In this document: positions 17,601-21,980 of the stretch, piece by piece
Numbering within the stretch: position 1 is the first letter of the stretch
Layout of the letters: each line of letters begins with the position of its first letter
Assembly: GCA_027451365.1 (NCBI GenBank)
Contig: DAIDJN010000004.1
Span: 1 to 21,980 of the forward strand
DNA: 21,980 nt
Direction: 5' to 3'
Source of the DNA: Phycisphaerales bacterium
GTDB taxonomy: Bacteria > Planctomycetota > Phycisphaerae > WQYP01
Notes under the pieces: model-generated
Seen by the model: the letters and a program-made list of their open reading frames with translations, nothing else
Told to the model about the DNA's origin: nothing
Databases searched by the model: none
Made by a program: the position numbers and the translations under genes

Positions 17601-18033
17601 CAAGCTGCTGGTCAAGGAGTTCGCCATTGGGGCACGGCTGCATGATTGCCTGTACAGGCGCGACAATGAGATTTGGAATGTTTTTGGCCGCCAAGTCTGC
17701 CAGCAGTCCCAGACGCTGGGCGGATAGTTCCTGGGAAGTGTTTGTTTCGCCGGGAAGAACCTCATACGCGGGAAAAAGTTCGGGCTTCATTTTGGGATCG
17801 AAAAAGGCCAGTTGATCTATTGCATCGTCAGCTTCGTCCAGATGGCCGGTGATAATCAGCATCGGACGACCAAGCTTTGCCCGTACCGCAGCCGCTAGTA
17901 CCAGCGCGCACGAACCCCATTGGCCGGTGGCCGCGGTGTGACCGCGGGTGGTAAGCTCGTCGGCCAGTCGCTGGGCAACCGGCGATTGAAAGATTCCGAG
18001 CAACTCTTCTGGAATGGCAGCGGTTGTGGTCAT
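14686..18033 (-). CDS. mfd: Transcription-repair coupling factor
   Basis: UvrB-like N-terminus (PGDFAVRGEILDVWP), CarD/RID domain (GDYVVHVDHGIARY), MDRLLCGDVGYGKTE, IIDEEQRFG, TATPIPRT, QLRGRVGRS, DLEIRGAGNLLG and a TRCF C-terminus. Start placed at ATG 18033 because the alternative TTG 18108 coincides with a predicted -35 box. Confidence 0.97.
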   Translation of the reverse strand: MTTTAAIPEELLGIFQSPVAQRLADELTTRGHTAATGQWGSCALVLAAAVRAKLGRPMLIITGHLDEADDAIDQLAFFDPKMKPELFPAYEVLPGETNTSQELSAQRLGLLADLAAKNIPNLIVAPVQAIMQPCPNGELLDQQLVTLRVGTARRRDELLDWLVRQGYTRLETVENPGDFAVRGEILDVWPAGEKRPLRLNFFGDQIESIHGFDLETLGTLDQLTSLRLAALGSSSTWPQEKTLNFLAWLPPQTVVWLVEPAEIQEQGRSYLDRLSDARGIYPVSAVLKNIQSFAHAQIMQFSTSGPETIRLPCRSVETFATQTDEALAALAALAAAHQVVVVCQSQSEKTRLTDLLHVKHPTVMDRVAMPVGDLAMGFRWQLSESAATVKDAVPAAKQEDERWLVLLAHHELFHRYHLKRRLRAIQGARPIDHFLDLQPGDYVVHVDHGIARYTGNTSLTRDGKSMEYLTLEFARSATLHVPIVQINLVQKYVGGAQGRPPLSTLGGGAWATQKSKVAEAVEQLAAEMLEVAAAREQFPGNAYPADTVWMREFENSFPFQATDDQLRCIEEIKQDLQKPRPMDRLLCGDVGYGKTELAIRSAFKVCESGKQVAVLAPTTVLVEQHEETFGQRMAGYPFVVESVSRFKTASEMRHILEQTANGKVDVLIGTHRLLSRDVQFADLGLVIIDEEQRFGVENKERLKKLRLTVDVLTMTATPIPRTLHMSLLGIRDISNLATPPRDRRSVVTEVTGWEDARIRQALERELARDGQIYFVHNRIHNIQAIAERIRVLVPNARIVVGHGQMPGHELEEIMHKFFTRQADILVSTTIIESGLDVPTANTIFINEAEHYGLSDLHQLRGRVGRSKHRAYCYLVLSPDKVITDAAAKRLKAMEEYASLGAGFKIALRDLEIRGAGNLLGDEQSGHIASVGYEMYCQLLEEAVKRVKNMPLDKPPEVTIDIGIHGGVPRTYISSDRQRMDFYRRLSRCHTLEAVESLRRDIIDAFGPLPRPVELQFELTILGIHAAQAGVRSMISKPPDLVFALHDLAALGPLLSKAPGSIRPVDQNAIHLRLPPAYFQGETLLNVLRNLFNPAAEVPAKVPEQPVKPVRPQTKK

Positions 18034-18079
18034 CAGTCTGTCGGCTTCGCGAAACCGTTCCGGGTCGCCAACGTATCTT

Positions 18080-18108
18080 ATAGTAGGGGCAGGCCTGCGG
18101 TTAAACAA
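18080..18108 (-). promoter_or_regulatory. sigma70-type promoter of mfd
   Basis: On the minus strand: TTGTTT (18108-18103), 17 bp spacer, TACTAT (18085-18080). Confidence 0.5.
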
Positions 18109-18182
18109 GAAGTCGTCAATAAGGATTTACCGCTTCGACCAATGCGGCGGTCTGATTCAAATCGGCCGCCTGCCGATACACA

Positions 18183-18204
18183 GGCGCATTGCCGGCGCAT
18201 TGCC
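18183..18204. repeat. Perfect 11-bp tandem duplication (GGCGCATTGCC x2)
   Basis: Directly visible in the GH51-mfd intergenic region. Confidence 0.8.
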
Positions 18205-18296
18205 CTGATGCCGCCTGTCCTGGCGCGCAATAACGGGTATCCACGCGATCGGGGCTTAAAAGGCGGCCAGAGGCGGATTGCGCTTCCGGGTTCGTC

Positions 18297-18330
18297 CTGA
18301 AGGCGAACCCAATCCGAAGCTCGCCTTCAG
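18297..18330 (-). terminator. 10-bp inverted repeat just downstream of the GH51 gene (possible terminator or 3' stabilising hairpin)
   Basis: CTGAAGGCGA-N14-TCGCCTTCAG, about 20 bp after the stop codon. It has no U-tract, so termination is uncertain. Confidence 0.4.
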
Positions 18331-18351
18331 AGATCCGCATTGGGGACGTTC

Positions 18352-20850
18352 CTATTTCGAGCCATCCACATGCAGACGCAGAACATTAACGGATCGCGCT
18401 GGAAACAGATGCACAAAGTGCGATGCGACATTGCTCATCGTTTGGTTTTTCGGCACCACGTTGTCCGGATTGTCGATGCTGTTCTGGGCGTTGCGCGGTC
18501 CAGTCAGGACGATGCATGTACCTGTTGAAGCAAGCGCGCCGACACCCTTGATCCGGATTGTGGCAGATACTGGTCGGTCTGAAATATTAACCACTTTCAG
18601 GATCACGTCCCCGGTCTTATCGTCGCGGCTGGCTGTGGCGTGCAGCGGGTGTTCGCGGTGCATCAAAACATTGTGGATAAGCCTGCCATCAAGAAAGCAC
18701 TGGATACGGTTCGCATGGCACACAATCCGAATGTTATACCACCGACCTGTTTGAATATGGGATGGATGGAAATCCGCCGGTACGCCCGCCTTTTGCAGAC
18801 CGTCGCGCGTGTTACCCCAGCCGCCAATATTCCACCAGGACATGCGATTATCCTGCTGCGAACAAAAGCTGATGAGAAATCCTTCTTTGCCCCTGATTTT
18901 GCGAGCTTTAAGCGTAAGGGTGTAATTCCTCCAGGTTTTATTCCCGATAAATGCGCATTCATCAGTGCCCAGCAGGCTTTGTACCAGTGCGCCATTTTTC
19001 ACCTGCCACTGACCGCCATGTATACGCCATCCATTCTTGCCATTGGCGGCAAAATCAGATTCGTAGATCACCTTGCCATGACGGCTGACTTTAATGTCCT
19101 TAAACTCCGCTGCGGTATTCCACGTGCCGACGCCAATTGCGCCGCCCATGCTTTTGAGGGTCAAAGGAGCGTCGGTCATCCTTAACGGTAATACGACGTT
19201 GCCCTTGTTTTGCGCGAACATAACTTGAGCGTAGTAGGAGGGTGAACCGTAACAGTGAAGGGCGTTATAGCCAATCAGGTTGGTCCCCCAATTTGGCTGA
19301 CTTACATTCACCAGCAGCGGAGCATACGAACACATAATCACATTGTTGGAATCGCGTTCCAGGCCGGTGAGCCAGGCCGCATCACCCAGTGCGGCATTGA
19401 GAGTAGGCGTCGGACGGCCTTCGGTCGAGGCCCACTCGCCGACAAATATCTTCGGAAAGCCGGTTGGCAAATCGTCGTAATGATGGGTGTCGTTCCACAT
19501 CGCCGAGGCCGACCGATAGAAGTGGTCGTCCACCAGGTCGGGCCTTACGCCGTCAAAAGCCGCTTGATGGACCGTGGCAATAAGCTTCAGATTGGGATAT
19601 TTGGCCCTAATTGCCCGTGCCATGGTGGCAAATCGCATCGCGTAACTGCCTGAGTTATCGAAGAAATCCTCATTGCCTATTTCGACATAGTGCAGCTTAA
19701 ACGGCTTGGGGTGACCATCTTTGGCCCGGATAGCTCCCCATTTTGTATGAATTGAACCGGTCACGTACTGAATTTCTTCCAGCGCGCTTTTGACGTACGG
19801 TCTCATCGCCGCCCTGGTTGAAACATGCTCGTGGTTGAGCGAAAAACCGGCATAAACCGCCAGCAGAGGCTGCATGTGCAGGTCCTGGCACCACATTAAA
19901 AATTCAAGCAGCCCCATGCCGTCGCTGGATGGATAGCCCCAGCACGACCAGTGTCCCGGACGTTGCGTCACCGGACCGATGGTCTTTTTCCAATTAAAGC
20001 GGTCGGCAATCGATGAACCTTCCAGGTAGTTGCCGCCCGGAAAACGTAAAAACGATGGCCGCATTGCCTTGAGTTTTTTCATAATATCAATGCGGAAGCC
20101 ATTGGCCTGATTTTTGTACGTCGGCGGAAACAGCGACACATAGCCCAGCCAGATGGTACCCGCCGAATGCACCGAAACGGCAAATACATTGTTCAATGTG
20201 GGTTTTATATCAGCCGCAGTGTGAAGTTTTGCTGTGAATTTTTTCCAATTGGTTGTAATGCCGTTGATTTGAGCGGAGGCCAGAACCTCCGAGCCGTTCT
20301 TGCTTTCAATGGCGAGCGTAAGCGGTCCGCTGAAGCCTGTTGCGGCGCGCGCGTAGATGGTGGCTTCATAGGTGGTGTCCGGTTTGGCCGGAATGCCCCA
20401 GTAGCCATCGTTGGTGACCCCGGCGCTGCCGCCGGTTCCAACGGAGGCAACATCAAGCTTCAAGCTGGAGGTAAGGCCCGTGTGGTTGGGCGTATGATGA
20501 TTATCCAGCGCCATGGTGGCTGCCGCGGTGCCGTGGGTCACCAGCGACCAGTGCACGGCTTGGTTTGCATTGTCCTTGAAGGCTCTATTCTGGATCAGTT
20601 CCGCATACAGCCCGCCATCATACGAATGGTTGATTTCTTCAGTCATAAGGCCGAACAGCACCGGGCTGATGCGATGCAATGGATGAGCGGCGTCAACCCG
20701 AATGATGGCCGCGGCAACCGACGGCGCGGCCGCTTGCGCGAAGACCTTGCTCTGTCCCGCAAGTCCGCAGCATAGAAGTGTCAGCATTATAAGCAGTGCA
20801 ACCAGCCGCGTTTGTGTCGAATTCTTACGGTCCATAATGGGATTCTCCAT
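18352..20850 (-). CDS. abfA: Secreted GH51 alpha-L-arabinofuranosidase with an N-terminal CBM-like domain and an inserted beta-sandwich domain
   Basis: Signal peptide; EEINHSYDGGLYAELIQNRAF; FLRFPGGNY; acid/base VEIGNE; DDHFY; nucleophile FVGEW; SYAPLL; C-terminal VILKVVN...FPARSVNVLRL. The start could be 20850 or 20835. Confidence 0.92.
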   Translation of the reverse strand: MENPIMDRKNSTQTRLVALLIMLTLLCCGLAGQSKVFAQAAAPSVAAAIIRVDAAHPLHRISPVLFGLMTEEINHSYDGGLYAELIQNRAFKDNANQAVHWSLVTHGTAAATMALDNHHTPNHTGLTSSLKLDVASVGTGGSAGVTNDGYWGIPAKPDTTYEATIYARAATGFSGPLTLAIESKNGSEVLASAQINGITTNWKKFTAKLHTAADIKPTLNNVFAVSVHSAGTIWLGYVSLFPPTYKNQANGFRIDIMKKLKAMRPSFLRFPGGNYLEGSSIADRFNWKKTIGPVTQRPGHWSCWGYPSSDGMGLLEFLMWCQDLHMQPLLAVYAGFSLNHEHVSTRAAMRPYVKSALEEIQYVTGSIHTKWGAIRAKDGHPKPFKLHYVEIGNEDFFDNSGSYAMRFATMARAIRAKYPNLKLIATVHQAAFDGVRPDLVDDHFYRSASAMWNDTHHYDDLPTGFPKIFVGEWASTEGRPTPTLNAALGDAAWLTGLERDSNNVIMCSYAPLLVNVSQPNWGTNLIGYNALHCYGSPSYYAQVMFAQNKGNVVLPLRMTDAPLTLKSMGGAIGVGTWNTAAEFKDIKVSRHGKVIYESDFAANGKNGWRIHGGQWQVKNGALVQSLLGTDECAFIGNKTWRNYTLTLKARKIRGKEGFLISFCSQQDNRMSWWNIGGWGNTRDGLQKAGVPADFHPSHIQTGRWYNIRIVCHANRIQCFLDGRLIHNVLMHREHPLHATASRDDKTGDVILKVVNISDRPVSATIRIKGVGALASTGTCIVLTGPRNAQNSIDNPDNVVPKNQTMSNVASHFVHLFPARSVNVLRLHVDGSK

Positions 20851-20879
20851 AGCGCGTCAGAACAAACAATCGCCATCAC

Positions 20880-20899
20880 GCTCTTATCTGAATAAGAGC
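20880..20899. promoter_or_regulatory. Palindromic operator-like site upstream of the GH51 gene
   Basis: GCTCTTAT-CTGA-ATAAGAGC, perfect 8-bp arms, about 30 bp upstream of the start codon. Confidence 0.45.
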
Positions 20900-21980
20900 T
20901 GGATAGCACAATAAAAACTGTCCAATACAATTGCCGGATCGCTGGAAATTCAGAAACCGCCATTCCGCCAACAACCAATGGGTGTGCGATGTCTGATGCA
21001 GACACCTGGTTGCCGGACCAATGCGCCTGACGTTACGTTACAATTAGAGCAATAAAATTGCAAGGGCATGCCAACGCTTCGGCGGCATTTTCCTGTCGTT
21101 ATTTGTCTGGATGGCGGGTGGGCGGTAACCCGTTATCGAAAGTATCGGTCTGGCCGCAATTTTTTGTTCCCATCGGCTGATTGGCACGTCACCTTCGCCC
21201 CGGTTGGAAGTTGCCGCGAGTCCCTTGCTCGCGCGGGCGCTGCGGCTTACAGTTCCAGAATCTGGCGGCAACCATTTACCAATTTCGTCCGATACCACAC
21301 GTCCGTTATCAGGTTCAATTACTTAAGACCCGTTGGCGTGAGCATGCGGGTGGTTTCGTTTGCCAGCCATTGACGTGGAGCCGCAATCAACCGCGTTTTA
21401 GCCATTTTGAGATACACCATAATTTCCGGGGCTGGAGCGCGGCGGGGGCGTGCAACGCGTGGCGGGATTCATCGGCAGGTAGTGAGACCTGAGCAACGGA
21501 AAAACAGATGGGGGCCTATCGACACGCATGTGGAAATCAGTTTGTTTGAACCGGCAACGCAGGCGTTGATTCAACAGGAGCGCAGCATATCTTAAAGAAA
21601 ATGTTCATAATTTGCCAAAGCCGAGTAGCCGATTTGCTTAAGCGAGTTAAACGAGCGGTCGGGGCTGCCGCGATTGCGACCGCAATGAACGGGATGCCTG
21701 CGGAATCTCTGAACGAATCGCATCACTTGAATACTGGGGAACTGTGCTTTCTGTTTTTTCTTCCGTATGGGTGGCGGGCAGACGGGAGGTACTGTGCGTT
21801 TTGTCTTGTATTGGGGATGGTAGAGGGGTATAAACAGGCCATTGCAAATGGGTATGCCGGGTTCGCGGTTTGATGATTTTGGTTCAATCGGGGCCGTAAG
21901 ATGGTCAGGAATGCGGATAGCATAGAAAACGCGATTGGTCCCCAGCGGCCAGGCGGGCGATATGCGTATGGGTTTGGCGG

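Noticed and set aside
21058..21074. sigma54-like TGGCATGCCCTTGCA on the minus strand upstream of the GH51 gene
   Set aside because: Only 9 nt separate GG and GC, whereas sigma54 -24/-12 promoters require 10.
21044..21923. Short ORFs of 62-103 aa at the right end of the window
   Set aside because: They overlap on both strands and lack an RBS, recognisable domains or typical composition.
1..21980. CRISPR array, tRNA/rRNA, prophage or anti-phage defence genes
   Set aside because: No regularly spaced repeats, cloverleaf or rRNA signatures, or phage or nuclease motifs were seen. The kinase-phosphoesterase pair superficially recalls defence modules (for example BREX PglW/PglZ) but lacks the accompanying methylase and ATPase genes and sits among housekeeping genes.

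Overview
A mostly housekeeping bacterial window of moderately high GC. The gene set and protein styles suggest Planctomycetota, probably Phycisphaerae; this is an inference, not a database result. Gene order: 3' end of a probable ISKra4-like transposase; iscA/erpA-type Fe-S carrier; three pilus/secretion ATPases (pilB/gspE, pilT, pilB) with no pilC or pilin; guaB; a small lipoprotein; then a minus-strand trio of a zinc-site-degenerate Amidase_2/PGRP-fold exported protein, a soluble non-RD Hanks Ser/Thr kinase and a divergent metallophosphoesterase; a two-TM helical-repeat hypothetical protein; fmt; mfd; a secreted GH51 alpha-L-arabinofuranosidase; and about 1.1 kb with no convincing gene. Best candidate for an undescribed system: the pseudo-amidase/kinase/phosphoesterase trio. 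Two of its genes are preceded by a near-identical bipartite motif (TGATTwTAT-N11-GTCCGATATACAT), which suggests a co-regulated peptidoglycan-sensing phosphorylation module. Second candidate: a long structured leader with GEMM-like elements upstream of the pilus ATPases, together with unequal conservation of MshEN c-di-GMP motifs between the two PilB paralogues. All calls come from reading motifs by eye; no searches or folding programs were run.
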